Shown here: positions 28,530 through 38,307 of the stretch, one piece after another
Layout of the letters: every line of letters starts with the position of its first letter
Position numbering within the stretch: position 1 is the first letter of the stretch
Sequence record: KY963424
DNA length: 64,000 nt
Direction: 5' to 3' (one strand)
From: Shigella phage SSP1
Program-made: the position numbers and the translations under genes
The notes under the pieces: generated by a model
The model's database searches: none
Seen by the model: only the letters and a program-made list of their open reading frames with translations
Told to the model about the DNA's origin: nothing

Positions 28530-31293
28530 CTAGCTCTGCCATTGCTTCATCATGCATATGTTTCTCCTCGTCAGTCATAAACTTATATGGGATTGGCATA
28601 CACTCGATTTTACAATAAGTTCTGTACCAGTCTACAATATTCTCCGTATTCATATCCTTACCAATACCCATCATACCAAGATACATTCTCGCATATTTTG
28701 GGTTAGCACTCTGACCTGTTTTAAGGAAGAAATCTTTCTTTTTACCTTTCAGAGCTTCTATGAATGGTTTGATAGTGACATTTGAACACTTCTTAATATC
28801 TTCCCAGAACATCTCGTGCATTTTATGGAAAAATGCCGCTCGATCATTCGGTTTATCCTTGATATATTGTTCAACATGCTCAACTGTTACATCTTTAATA
28901 GACTCAAGATGATAGTAGCGAACAAGAAGTAGTTTAGCTTCATACGCATCTGCATGGCGTGGAGCACAATAATCAGGAGTTGAATACAAAATAGCTTTGA
29001 TTCGCTCTTCCGTATATTCCTTCCCAGCACCTTCGATAGTTCCCCAGCTTTCACTGAAAATATCAATAGTTGCACCCTGATCAAGCAAGTAATAACGTAA
29101 AGTACTAGTATAGTTCCTAGATTCCAGCTCCCTACGACGTGCGTATAATTGCTGTGCTAACTCCAGCCAACCTTCATCAATGTTATATTGCTCAGAACCT
29201 GCGGAGAATCCACTCGTAGATTTATCAATAAAATAATAAATGTTCTGAGCGCCACGGTCGCGCCTGATTGCTTGAAAACGCATGTTTGGCGCTTGGTTGC
29301 TGGTTCTAGTAATAACGAATACGTTATCAAAATAGTTGAAGTCAACACCACTAGTTACTGATGGACTACATAATAAGCAATCAATTTGTTGGTCAATTAG
29401 CTCATTAGTTGTGTAATCCAGAATACGTCTAATATCTACATCAGACGTAGAGTTTGAGTGGATTTCCTTAACTAACGCACCCGTATTACGACGCAACGCC
29501 ATGCCCTTCTCATTCAGTTCATCTGGACCACAGTCAGATACTAGGATAGATTTCTCACCCATCTCTAGAGAAGTCTGAAGTGCAACCCAAATACTGGATT
29601 CATCAGGGAACTCATAAGCATGAGCTTTTGACAGCATTTTACGGTGGTGATTATAAAATGCAACCGGTTTATCAAAATCAATTAGAGAACCGTAGGCTTC
29701 AATAGTCTCAGCACTAATATCACCATCGGATAAGATTACAGTTTTAGCTGTCATGAGGATGTCACGTAGAACTTGAATACACTCGCGACGTTGTTTAACA
29801 ACTGGGGCGAATAATAGATCATTCATTACAGCGTCACATTCATCAATAAAGATGGTGTCTATTTGACCAATAAAACTTTTGAACTTATGCAAAGAGTGAA
29901 TAGTTGTGGACATACGATCAATAGCTCCACGTTTAAAGTTGAGCATATCTACAGACTTATCATATTGTCCTGCGCTAAATTTCTTAGCGTTTGAAGATAC
30001 CAGCGCTCTAGTATTTGTAACTGCTAAAAAGTTGCCAGGAAGAACCCCTGCGTCCAGCCATTTAGTTACTGCCGTAGTTTTACCAGTACCAAGACTTGCC
30101 TTAACAAATGTTATATGGCCCTTTGGGGGCACAATGTTAATCTTCAGGTATGGAACTTCTGGTGGAGAATCCACTTCTAATTTCTTGAGTGGAACACCCT
30201 TCAGATTTAATGGAATCTCACGTTTAGAATTATTAACAAACGCTTTGAGAGCCTGCTTACGACCGTTATTAAAGTAATCTTGAATATTACGACTGTTATC
30301 TTTAGTTGCAATATATTCAGATAAAGCGGGTTTAATCTCACGTTCTAGCCATGCGAAATCAACACCATCCTCTAATGCTCTATGGTATAGTTTGGGGATA
30401 ATACGCAAGTACACCCCATCATCAGCTTCTTCCAATTCGCTGATGGTTTCTTCTACTTTATCAGAAGCAATCTTTTTGCCTTTAATTTGATCAAGTAAAG
30501 AATAAAACTCTTCCTTAAACTCCCCTCTAGTTGTTTCATAGTCAACCAGATTATTAGGCAAATTTACCTTCGAACCTTTAACATACACCAGACGTGGCTT
30601 ACTCTCCGCTTTAAACGGATCAACAATACCATCGCTAAATAAAGGGTCGGCAAAATAGTGAAGCTGGACAGATGAATAATAAGCTAAGTCGGCAATATCA
30701 AAACCGAATTTTTGCTTACTACTATCATTGATAGACGTAAATAGGAACTTTAACTGACCTTGAGTTACCTTGACGTTAGATTCTAGCATTAAGTGCATTC
30801 GGATACCTGGTTTTAGGCCAGCCGAAGACGATGCATGAGCAATAAACCCTGCATCAAGAGGAAACATGTCCTCACTAATACTATTCAACATCTTAATAAT
30901 GTGGCGGGCCATACCTACAAGATTAAACTTGTCGTACCCACCGGTATCTATGATACCATCCACGTCCATAGCAATAATATTGCTAGGGTTGGATACATTA
31001 AAGTTACCTTTCTTACGTCGCACATTATTTTTAGGTGCAAGACATCGACCTCGTACCGCAACGATATGAGGGTCAGACGTTAAACGTCTCATAAGTGGTA
31101 ACATTTCGGCAAGGCTTTGCGGGTCATGCTCTTCTATTACATCAAATTTGAAGGGCATAGAAGCTGGTTTACCTTCTGGATGCTCTTTCGAGAATCGTTT
31201 GGCAAAGGTATAATCTTCCGCTTTGATTTCTCGCCAAATACCTGTTGCTAAATCACGAGAAAATCCGGCGTGACCTTGGAGGATAGAAAACAC
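28504..31293 (-). CDS. Putative replication-origin-binding protein / SF2 ATPase (UL9-like)
   Basis: 929 aa; Walker A VKASLGTGKTT, Walker B/DExD IFIDECD; large N-terminal domain. Confidence 0.65.
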   Translation of the reverse strand: MFSILQGHAGFSRDLATGIWREIKAEDYTFAKRFSKEHPEGKPASMPFKFDVIEEHDPQSLAEMLPLMRRLTSDPHIVAVRGRCLAPKNNVRRKKGNFNVSNPSNIIAMDVDGIIDTGGYDKFNLVGMARHIIKMLNSISEDMFPLDAGFIAHASSSAGLKPGIRMHLMLESNVKVTQGQLKFLFTSINDSSKQKFGFDIADLAYYSSVQLHYFADPLFSDGIVDPFKAESKPRLVYVKGSKVNLPNNLVDYETTRGEFKEEFYSLLDQIKGKKIASDKVEETISELEEADDGVYLRIIPKLYHRALEDGVDFAWLEREIKPALSEYIATKDNSRNIQDYFNNGRKQALKAFVNNSKREIPLNLKGVPLKKLEVDSPPEVPYLKINIVPPKGHITFVKASLGTGKTTAVTKWLDAGVLPGNFLAVTNTRALVSSNAKKFSAGQYDKSVDMLNFKRGAIDRMSTTIHSLHKFKSFIGQIDTIFIDECDAVMNDLLFAPVVKQRRECIQVLRDILMTAKTVILSDGDISAETIEAYGSLIDFDKPVAFYNHHRKMLSKAHAYEFPDESSIWVALQTSLEMGEKSILVSDCGPDELNEKGMALRRNTGALVKEIHSNSTSDVDIRRILDYTTNELIDQQIDCLLCSPSVTSGVDFNYFDNVFVITRTSNQAPNMRFQAIRRDRGAQNIYYFIDKSTSGFSAGSEQYNIDEGWLELAQQLYARRRELESRNYTSTLRYYLLDQGATIDIFSESWGTIEGAGKEYTEERIKAILYSTPDYCAPRHADAYEAKLLLVRYYHLESIKDVTVEHVEQYIKDKPNDRAAFFHKMHEMFWEDIKKCSNVTIKPFIEALKGKKKDFFLKTGQSANPKYARMYLGMMGIGKDMNTENIVDWYRTYCKIECMPIPYKFMTDEEKHMHDEAMAELGARNDSEE

Positions 31294-31790
31294 AACAATA
31301 CTCCTGTATTGATTAATCGAAATCTTTTCTTTAGGACTATTCAGAAAGAATAGAACAACTATTACTACTATTTACGTAAACATCAATTATCATCAAACAA
31401 TATGAATAAGTTATCATATCTCAGTGCTGTGCTCTCTTCGCTCATATACAGAATAGAACCTAGGTCATTGGCCGCTAAGCCGATTCTATTTGTCCTCACT
31501 ATCCTATTGGTAGGTGACTACTGTACGTGCCGCCATTCGCTGCTCTTTTCGTTCGCACCCCCATATAAAGCTCTGCCTATATAACGAGCTAAATATGCAC
31601 GGTTTGGATTTACCTTTCCGAATTCAGGGTACACAGATCACTTAATTGAAGATTAACTAATGCAATATAAACACTAGTAATAGTTAAAACAACCCTTAAT
31701 GGGGCAGCCTAACTGTTCCGTATCGCGGATTGTAAACAAGAAAAATTAGCAAAATCAATTTTTACTAATGTCTCTCAATTCAATATAAAT

Positions 31791-31819
31791 ATTATATCAA
31801 GATTTTGGGCATCCTGCAA
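31791..31819 (-). promoter_or_regulatory. Early promoter (TTGCAG-17-TATAAT)
   Basis: Reverse complement TTTTACTTGCAGGATGCCCAAAATCTTGATATAAT; followed by about 480 nt leader before the 929-aa gene. Confidence 0.5.
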
Positions 31820-31913
31820 GTAAAATTTTCCGGATGGTGCTATCATTGGTCTTGAGTACGGGTAAAACCGAGCCAAAATGACTCGGTAATCAGAGTTCAG
31901 CCAATAAAAATCA

Positions 31914-32303
31914 TTAGTCATTTAATCCCGGAACATAGATCCCAACACGGTTTAATTGTTCTTTAGCTTCTTTGAGAATATCTGGAGTGTACTCCCAAAT
32001 ATCATCTTCCACCTGTAAAAGATGGGGCGAACAACCGTCATCCGGCACACGGCATATGGCCAAACCACGTGGGTGGAACAAAGAGAAATTTAGGGCAACA
32101 ATTAAACCCATAGCAGACAATTCATTCCAATCCAATTCCCATTCCCCCGCGTAGCCGGATAGGAAAACACCAACACAGGGATCATCTATTTGCTGCTCCG
32201 GAAAAGTGAAGGAGGCTTGTCTTACCCCCAACCAACGTTGTAGCAGCTTCTCCGCACGTTTCACCAAACTAGGATCAATCTGACGCCAATATACTTGTTC
32301 CAT
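31914..32303 (-). CDS. Hypothetical protein, paralog A (129 aa)
   Basis: Shares ...GxxExxxxELxxMGLxxALNxxLF...VPGL(N/T) architecture with adjacent ORF. Confidence 0.55.
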   Translation of the reverse strand: MEQVYWRQIDPSLVKRAEKLLQRWLGVRQASFTFPEQQIDDPCVGVFLSGYAGEWELDWNELSAMGLIVALNFSLFHPRGLAICRVPDDGCSPHLLQVEDDIWEYTPDILKEAKEQLNRVGIYVPGLND

Positions 32304-32312
32304 TGTGCCCCC

Positions 32313-32741
32313 TTAGGCAGTTAAACCTGGGATCATATACCCGAAACGTCGAAGTTTCTGAATCCCCTCATTTACTTCTTCCGGTGAGTAAGACCAACCA
32401 TAACGTTCATTAACCTGAAAACCAGGAGATTCACTAGTTTTATAGTTAACAACGAGGCGATGCTTAGCAGGCATAAACAGCTTATAGTTTAACGCAAAAA
32501 CTAAGCCCATTTCATCTAACTCTTTCCAGCCGACAATCTCTTCAAGACCCTCCTCTACCTGAACAATTAAACCAATACAGGGAGCCTCATCAATATCATC
32601 TTTAAAAGCAAAGGAGATTTCGTTATTCTCACACCATATTTTCAAAGAGTTAATAGCCTCATTATACAGGCTAGCTGGGAGAGTACGCCAAAAGTTAACC
32701 AAAATTGGATTAGCTTCTTTAGAGAATACATTATTGAACAT
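32313..32741 (-). CDS. Hypothetical protein, paralog B (142 aa)
   Basis: Tandem paralog of 31914..32303. Confidence 0.55.
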   Translation of the reverse strand: MFNNVFSKEANPILVNFWRTLPASLYNEAINSLKIWCENNEISFAFKDDIDEAPCIGLIVQVEEGLEEIVGWKELDEMGLVFALNYKLFMPAKHRLVVNYKTSESPGFQVNERYGWSYSPEEVNEGIQKLRRFGYMIPGLTA

Positions 32742-32743
32742 AT

Positions 32744-33256
32744 TTACACCTTAAATTGTTGTAGGGCTTTACACATTTCAAGATCTGGACTAAATTCTAA
32801 CATATAGCTAACAGCTCTTAAATCTTGAAGATTTATCCCAGTTCTACCATTGACTATAACTGTTGGATACTGATACATCATAGCACCGGCATCATCCAGC
32901 ACACACCAATGTTTGAGCCTATGCTTTTCAACGAAGCGAAGAACAGAATTACCCCTAGATAATCCACCCCCAGTAAAATCCGTTGTACCAAGAAAACGAT
33001 CGATAAGGCCTAATCCGGTCATAATCTGAACGTTCTCCATCTCATTTCTGACAGAGAACCAAGATGATACTCCAACAATCATTATCGGAGAAGGACGAAT
33101 AAAGTCCTGAAAAGCCTTGAGAAGCGGTTTGAAAACCCAGTCACTTCCAAAGAAAATCTTTTCATCATCAGGTGCATGATGGTGGGAGATGCTCGAATTG
33201 AGCACCCCATCAATGTCTAGAAAAATAATTGGAATATTACTTATTTCCTGACACAT
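32744..33256 (-). CDS. HAD-superfamily hydrolase (putative nucleotidase/phosphatase)
   Basis: N-terminal IIFLDIDGVL HAD motif I (DxDGx). Confidence 0.6.
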   Translation of the reverse strand: MCQEISNIPIIFLDIDGVLNSSISHHHAPDDEKIFFGSDWVFKPLLKAFQDFIRPSPIMIVGVSSWFSVRNEMENVQIMTGLGLIDRFLGTTDFTGGGLSRGNSVLRFVEKHRLKHWCVLDDAGAMMYQYPTVIVNGRTGINLQDLRAVSYMLEFSPDLEMCKALQQFKV

Positions 33257-34052
33257 AAGGTCTACCCCCTAAATGAGCTTCTACACGAGCAATAAAATCA
33301 GTATCACTGAAAGCATCTACCGCACCTTTACTCCAGTAAGGGATACCGCGTTCTTCCAGCTGGTACATCTCACTACGAGTCATACCTTGATAGCTCGGTT
33401 CCGCCGCTAGTACACTATCATAGTAGTTAACAACCATAAGTTTCGCAGCAGTCAAATTAAGAACAGGAAATAATTCCCAATAGAAGTTAATTACTTGGTT
33501 AGAGCAACCAACCACAATGATCATATCTTGACTAGTAATACCATCAAAAACATTATACATTTCTGCATACGCTGGAGCATGCTCCCCAAAGAAGACTACA
33601 TTAGGTTTAACCCATTTATAATCATCTGGGTCAATAGAATTGTATCCTACATCAATAATCCGTTTATTGCTACTATTGTAGCTATCAGCTACAACAACCT
33701 CTTTTAAATATCCGTGAATGTGCAGAATGTCACTATGTGGAACGCCAGCACGCTCAATAAGGTCATCAACGTTGGTAGTCAAGTTTACTACTTGACCTGG
33801 GTATTGTTTATACCATTCACCAATACGCAAATGCGCAAGATTGGGTTCAACAGTTTTTAGCTCTTCACGACGCTTGTTGTAAAACATATGGGTTTTATGG
33901 TAAAAATTACCACGAAAGGCATGAATATTACACACTTCTTCTAGATCATAATCATCCCACAATGCTTTACCACTAGCAGTATCAGTACGAAAAGCTCGTA
34001 CACCACTTTCAACACTCAAACCTGCACCGCTAATAATAATTAACCTACGCAC
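33237..34052 (-). CDS. SIR2-family (sirtuin-like) NAD-dependent enzyme
   Basis: LIIISGAGLSVESGVRAFR Rossmann/NAD-binding sirtuin signature; 271 aa. Confidence 0.65.
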   Translation of the reverse strand: MRRLIIISGAGLSVESGVRAFRTDTASGKALWDDYDLEEVCNIHAFRGNFYHKTHMFYNKRREELKTVEPNLAHLRIGEWYKQYPGQVVNLTTNVDDLIERAGVPHSDILHIHGYLKEVVVADSYNSSNKRIIDVGYNSIDPDDYKWVKPNVVFFGEHAPAYAEMYNVFDGITSQDMIIVVGCSNQVINFYWELFPVLNLTAAKLMVVNYYDSVLAAEPSYQGMTRSEMYQLEERGIPYWSKGAVDAFSDTDFIARVEAHLGGRPYVSGNK

Positions 34053-34246
34053 TATACGATTCCTCGCTTAAATCCTTCGATAATATTTCGGAGTAAAATT
34101 GCTTCCTCCGGGCGTACCTTTTCTTGCTTAATAAGCATATCCAATCCAGCAATACAACTAGCTACACCAGCATTATAACCAGAGTTCCATTGCTCAATAA
34201 GCATGTTTTCTAGATTACTTTTTAGACTCTGATTCAAGAAGTCCAT
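34052..34246 (-). CDS. Hypothetical protein (64 aa)
   Basis: Small ORF. Confidence 0.35.
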   Translation of the reverse strand: MDFLNQSLKSNLENMLIEQWNSGYNAGVASCIAGLDMLIKQEKVRPEEAILLRNIIEGFKRGIV

Positions 34247-34418
34247 AAAGTTTCTCCTCTAGTTCCATAACACGATTTTCATAAGAAGCACGCAACTTTT
34301 CAATTGCCAGCGCACGCACTGTAACCTCATTAGAATTAATAGCTAACTGGGCCAGGTCTTCTGTTTCCATACGTCCGTTGTAAATTAAGCGATATTTAAG
34401 ATGTTTTACGTTTTTCAT
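34215..34418 (-). CDS. Hypothetical protein (67 aa)
   Basis: Small ORF. Confidence 0.35.
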   Translation of the reverse strand: MKNVKHLKYRLIYNGRMETEDLAQLAINSNEVTVRALAIEKLRASYENRVMELEEKLYGLLESESKK

Positions 34419-34427
34419 TCTTGTTCC

Positions 34428-34709
34428 TTAGTTCTGTACTGTAAACTCATTCTTATCACAGTGAGCATAATAATACCCATACATACGATAAATTTTCACA
34501 GCCTTAGTAGACCCCTTCGATTCTTCATAATCAATCCAGAGCCACTTGTCTTTACCTACATAATGTACCCGAAACTTCTTAACTTTCTTATCATTCCATG
34601 TTGCAACAACACGACGATAATCAAATCCACCCAACCAATCTAGAGCCTTACGTTCTTCACTAGGCTCTCCAAGATGGGAGACATCTACTTTAGGAAGCAA
34701 CTCGCTCAT
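34428..34709 (-). CDS. Hypothetical protein (93 aa)
   Basis: ORF downstream of early promoter at 34738..34766. Confidence 0.45.
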   Translation of the reverse strand: MSELLPKVDVSHLGEPSEERKALDWLGGFDYRRVVATWNDKKVKKFRVHYVGKDKWLWIDYEESKGSTKAVKIYRMYGYYYAHCDKNEFTVQN

Positions 34710-34737
34710 AGCTTTCTCCTCTCAAATTTATAAATCA

Positions 34738-34766
34738 ATTATACATAAATTTTTGGCTGAAAGCAA
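34738..34766 (-). promoter_or_regulatory. T5-type early promoter (TTGCTT-17-TATAAT + ATAAATTTGAGAGGAG box)
   Basis: Reverse complement TTTATTTGCTTTCAGCCAAAAATTTATGTATAATTGATTTATAAATTTGAGAGGAG. Confidence 0.65.
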
Positions 34767-34808
34767 ATAAAATAAAAGCCAGGTCGACTAGCAACCCGGC
34801 TGATTAGC

Positions 34809-36683
34809 TTATTTAGCTCGAATATCCTGATGTTTCACTCTGCCCATAACCTCGTGCTGTTTGCCGGGGTTAAATGGACGAGCACCCGGATTTCCAAGAT
34901 ACCCACAAACTCGACGAGTTACCTCAAGAGTTTCGGGGTCATGATTACCACAGATAGGGCACTTAAATCCATCTTCGGATGCTATTGTTTCACCTAAGAA
35001 TCCACATTTACCGCAAGAATCCACTGGAGTATTAATACCGAAGTAATGAACTTTACTAGCAGCATAATTAATAACCCATTCCAGTGCATCTGGGAATCGT
35101 TTCATATCTGGTAGTTCTACATAGGAAATGCACCCACCAGAAGCAATCGGAGTGAAATTAGATTCATAATCAAATTTCACGTTAGGAGCAACTTTACGTT
35201 CTACATCAAGGTGGTGAGAGTTAGTGTAGTATCCTTTGGACAGAATATCTTCATGCTCCGGGAAATATTCGCGGTCTAGACGACAAAAACGGTCACATAG
35301 GGATTCTGATGGTGTAGCATACAGGCTATAACCTAATTTAGTTTCTTCCTTCTTCTGATCGACTCTATCCCGCATGTACTGCAATACACGCTGAACAAAC
35401 TTGATGCAGGTCTCGGACATTGTGTCTACATCTTTGCCAAACATAAACTGTAGCATTTCATGGCAACCAATATACCCTAGAGATACAGAAGCACGGTTAT
35501 AGAAATGATCGAATACATACTCATCCGGCTCCAAGCGTAACCCAAAGGCTCCTGACATATAGAGGATGGGTGCAGCTTTAGCTTGAATGTATTTTAAGCG
35601 ATCAACTCTCCACTCCAATGCTTTTAACGCTGTATCCACACGTAGCTCAAGCAAATCAAAGAATAGATCAATATTTCCTTCAGCTTCGATAGCAATTCTA
35701 GGCAAGTTTACAGAAACAACACCTAAGTTATTACGACCGGCAGTTTCACCATCTTCTGTAGCAGCTAGGAATGAACGGCAGCCCATAGAAACTTTATAGT
35801 CACCAGTAACTTCCACAACCTTATCATAGCTGATATAATCTGGATACATACGTTCAGCAGTACATTTCATAGCTAACTTCTTGATGTCATAATTAACATC
35901 TCCTGGTTTCATATTTACGCCATCACGAAGTACAAATACCAGTTTCGGGAAGATAGCTGTACGTTTATTGATACCTAAACCATCCATGCGTACTTTCAGT
36001 ATTGCTTTCTGTACTAGACGTGCTTCCCAAGAAGTTCCTAGACCAAAACCAAAGGTAATAAATGGACTCTGCCCATTAGAGTTGAACATGGTATTGATTT
36101 CATATTCTAAACCCTGACAAGCGTCATAGACTTCTTTTTCAGTCATCTCCGTAGCCATTACGGATGCTTTGGCTTCATCCTTAGTCCAACGTTTTGCAAA
36201 CGCATGATTTTTGTCATAGGATTTACGAACATAAGGGGCTAATACTTCATCAAGGCGATCTACAGAAGTACCACCATACTGATGGGAGCTAACCTGAGTG
36301 ATAATCTGAGCAGTAATAGCCGCCGCAGTAGTGATAGAGTTTGGAGTGCTAATTTCAGCATTACCAACCTTCATGCCATTCTTCAACATATCTTCCAGGG
36401 CCACCAGACAACAGTTAGTCATGCCTAATGCAGCATAATCAGCATCATGGAAATGAATATCCCCAATCATATGAGCATTTCGAATCTGAATTGGCATTTC
36501 TTCTAGAATTAGATACTTACTCAACTCACCTGCAAGCATATCCCTTTGTGTAGGGAAACGTTCTGAGGGTTTATTGGCATTATTAAATAGCAGTTCTTCA
36601 TCTGCTGACCCTTCGATAATCTCTTTGCAGTTTCTAATTAACGCCTGCATTTCTTTATACTTTAGTTCTTCATTACGATTCAT
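34809..36683 (-). CDS. nrdD: Anaerobic ribonucleoside-triphosphate reductase (class III)
   Basis: 624 aa; C-terminal glycyl-radical motif RVCGYLG and Cys4 zinc site CGKCGF...CPICG. Confidence 0.9.
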   Translation of the reverse strand: MNRNEELKYKEMQALIRNCKEIIEGSADEELLFNNANKPSERFPTQRDMLAGELSKYLILEEMPIQIRNAHMIGDIHFHDADYAALGMTNCCLVALEDMLKNGMKVGNAEISTPNSITTAAAITAQIITQVSSHQYGGTSVDRLDEVLAPYVRKSYDKNHAFAKRWTKDEAKASVMATEMTEKEVYDACQGLEYEINTMFNSNGQSPFITFGFGLGTSWEARLVQKAILKVRMDGLGINKRTAIFPKLVFVLRDGVNMKPGDVNYDIKKLAMKCTAERMYPDYISYDKVVEVTGDYKVSMGCRSFLAATEDGETAGRNNLGVVSVNLPRIAIEAEGNIDLFFDLLELRVDTALKALEWRVDRLKYIQAKAAPILYMSGAFGLRLEPDEYVFDHFYNRASVSLGYIGCHEMLQFMFGKDVDTMSETCIKFVQRVLQYMRDRVDQKKEETKLGYSLYATPSESLCDRFCRLDREYFPEHEDILSKGYYTNSHHLDVERKVAPNVKFDYESNFTPIASGGCISYVELPDMKRFPDALEWVINYAASKVHYFGINTPVDSCGKCGFLGETIASEDGFKCPICGNHDPETLEVTRRVCGYLGNPGARPFNPGKQHEVMGRVKHQDIRAK

Positions 36684-36712
36684 TACACCCTCCTTCTCTA
36701 ACTAAGACTACT

Positions 36713-36741
36713 ATTATAACTCATTCGAGGGCGGATGTCAA
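36713..36741 (-). promoter_or_regulatory. Consensus sigma70-like promoter for nrdD (TTGACA-17-TATAAT)
   Basis: Reverse complement TTGACATCCGCCCTCGAATGAGTTATAAT. Confidence 0.6.
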
Positions 36742-36876
36742 TATAATTTTTCTCTTAGATATCGTATTTTGATCTGTGCTAAGAAACTTGATCAGAGTGT
36801 CAAAATTTTATTGACACCACCGTAACTTTTGTATAAGATATACACATAATTTAAGAAATTTGACAAGGAAATAAAA

Positions 36877-37368
36877 ATGAACACTGAAATAACACAAGAC
36901 CTACTAAGAACTTACTTTGACTATAAAGATGGAGAATTGTTTTACAAACCAACTTATAAAACCCCTGCAGGAAGAATATCCAAAAAAGCAGGTAAATCCG
37001 CCAGACTAACTCCGAGTAACGGGTACTATCGTATAAATGTACCAAGAATAGGTGTACAGAAAGAACATAGGATGATTTTCCTATATCATGAAGGATACCT
37101 ACCAGAAGTAGTAGATCATATTGATAGGGATAAGGAAAATAATAGGATAGAGAACCTTAGGGCATCTAATCTTCAGGACAACGCTATTAATCGCTCCATA
37201 AGTAAGAGTAACACCTCTGGCATTGTGGGTGTCCATTATGATGAATCGTATGGTAAGTGGGTTGTAACGTATAGGGGTAAGTACTTTGGAAGATTTGATA
37301 CCAAAGAAGAAGCTGCCGAAGTTAATGCTAATGTTCGTGCCCTTGATCAAACCCGTATAAATAGTTGA
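36877..37368 (+). CDS. HNH homing endonuclease with AP2 DNA-binding domain
   Basis: VDHIDRDKENNRIENLRASNLQDNAIN (HNH) followed by GVHYDESYGKWVVTYRGKYFGRFDTKEEAA (AP2-like). Confidence 0.75.
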   Translation: MNTEITQDLLRTYFDYKDGELFYKPTYKTPAGRISKKAGKSARLTPSNGYYRINVPRIGVQKEHRMIFLYHEGYLPEVVDHIDRDKENNRIENLRASNLQDNAINRSISKSNTSGIVGVHYDESYGKWVVTYRGKYFGRFDTKEEAAEVNANVRALDQTRINS

Positions 37369-37451
37369 TTATCTAGTATCACACATCTCCCGTTAAAAGC
37401 AAGCAAATTTTTTATTTAAATGCAATATCATAGGCTTATTTAAAATTGTAG

Positions 37452-37480
37452 TTGCTTTTTACTGTATATATTGGTATAAT
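37452..37480 (+). promoter_or_regulatory. T5-type early promoter (TTGCTT-17-TATAAT)
   Basis: AAAATTGTAGTTGCTTTTTACTGTATATATTGGTATAAT. Confidence 0.6.
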
Positions 37481-37553
37481 ATATTTGTAAGTTGATAAAC
37501 AAGATCTTTTTGTTGATCCTCTGTTAGCGAAGTACACTATAGGAGTGTTATTT

Positions 37554-38306
37554 ATGGGAAAAGCACGTCAAAAAAGAGAGAACCGCAATGGTTCAAGAAA
37601 GCGTGGCAACAAATATGAGAACAACGTAATTCAGGCTGATTTTTCTAATGATTACGCTAATCCAGTTGCTAAATCCCTAGTAGGTAAAAACCGCGAGCAA
37701 AAATCATATATCAATATGATCAAGAACAACACAGTGACTGTGGGTATCGGTGAGCCAGGTACTGGTAAAACCTTTATTCCGTCCGTTCTTGCAGCTCAGG
37801 AACTCGTAGACATTCACTCAGATATTGAGCAAGTGATCCTCGTACGTCCTAATGAACCTCTAGGTAAGTCTCTTGGTATGCTTCCTGGTGATCTAGCGGA
37901 AAAGCTAGAGCCTTGGTTAGAGCCAATAGCTGATGGTATGAAATGGGCCATCGGCGATCATGCGTATAAAGGATATGTCGAACGTCAGAAAATTAAATTT
38001 TTGGCTGTCGAACATGCTCGTGGCAGAACTTTCAACAACTCCTATGTAATTGTCGATGAAGCTCAGAATATTTCCGTTGAGGCAATGATTTGTCTCCTAA
38101 CTCGTGTAGGACAAGACTGCCGTTTAATTATCTGCGGAGATATAGCTCAGAAAGACATTAAAGGTGACTCAGGTCTAGCACTCCTTATGGAAGTCTATGA
38201 AAAATACGAAAATGCCCCATTCTCAATGATCGAATTGATTGATAACGTTCGTTCTGTTGAGTCTAAAGCATTCTATGATATTTTTAAAGACATGGGGAAG
38301 GTGTAA
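37554..38306 (+). CDS. phoH: PhoH-like ATPase
   Basis: Walker A GEPGTGKT, Walker B VIVDEAQN; ATG with AGGAG RBS (ORF track starts at GTG 37545). Confidence 0.8.
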   Translation: MGKARQKRENRNGSRKRGNKYENNVIQADFSNDYANPVAKSLVGKNREQKSYINMIKNNTVTVGIGEPGTGKTFIPSVLAAQELVDIHSDIEQVILVRPNEPLGKSLGMLPGDLAEKLEPWLEPIADGMKWAIGDHAYKGYVERQKIKFLAVEHARGRTFNNSYVIVDEAQNISVEAMICLLTRVGQDCRLIICGDIAQKDIKGDSGLALLMEVYEKYENAPFSMIELIDNVRSVESKAFYDIFKDMGKV

Positions 38307-38307
38307 T

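Noticed and set aside
31402-31584. 60-aa plus-strand ORF in the long leader upstream of the origin-binding gene
   Set aside because: Wrong strand relative to the local promoter, no RBS
36736-36760. NrdR-box assignment for ATGTCAATATAAT upstream of nrdD
   Set aside because: The sequence is better explained as the -35/-10 of a consensus promoter; I could not convincingly match two properly spaced NrdR boxes by eye
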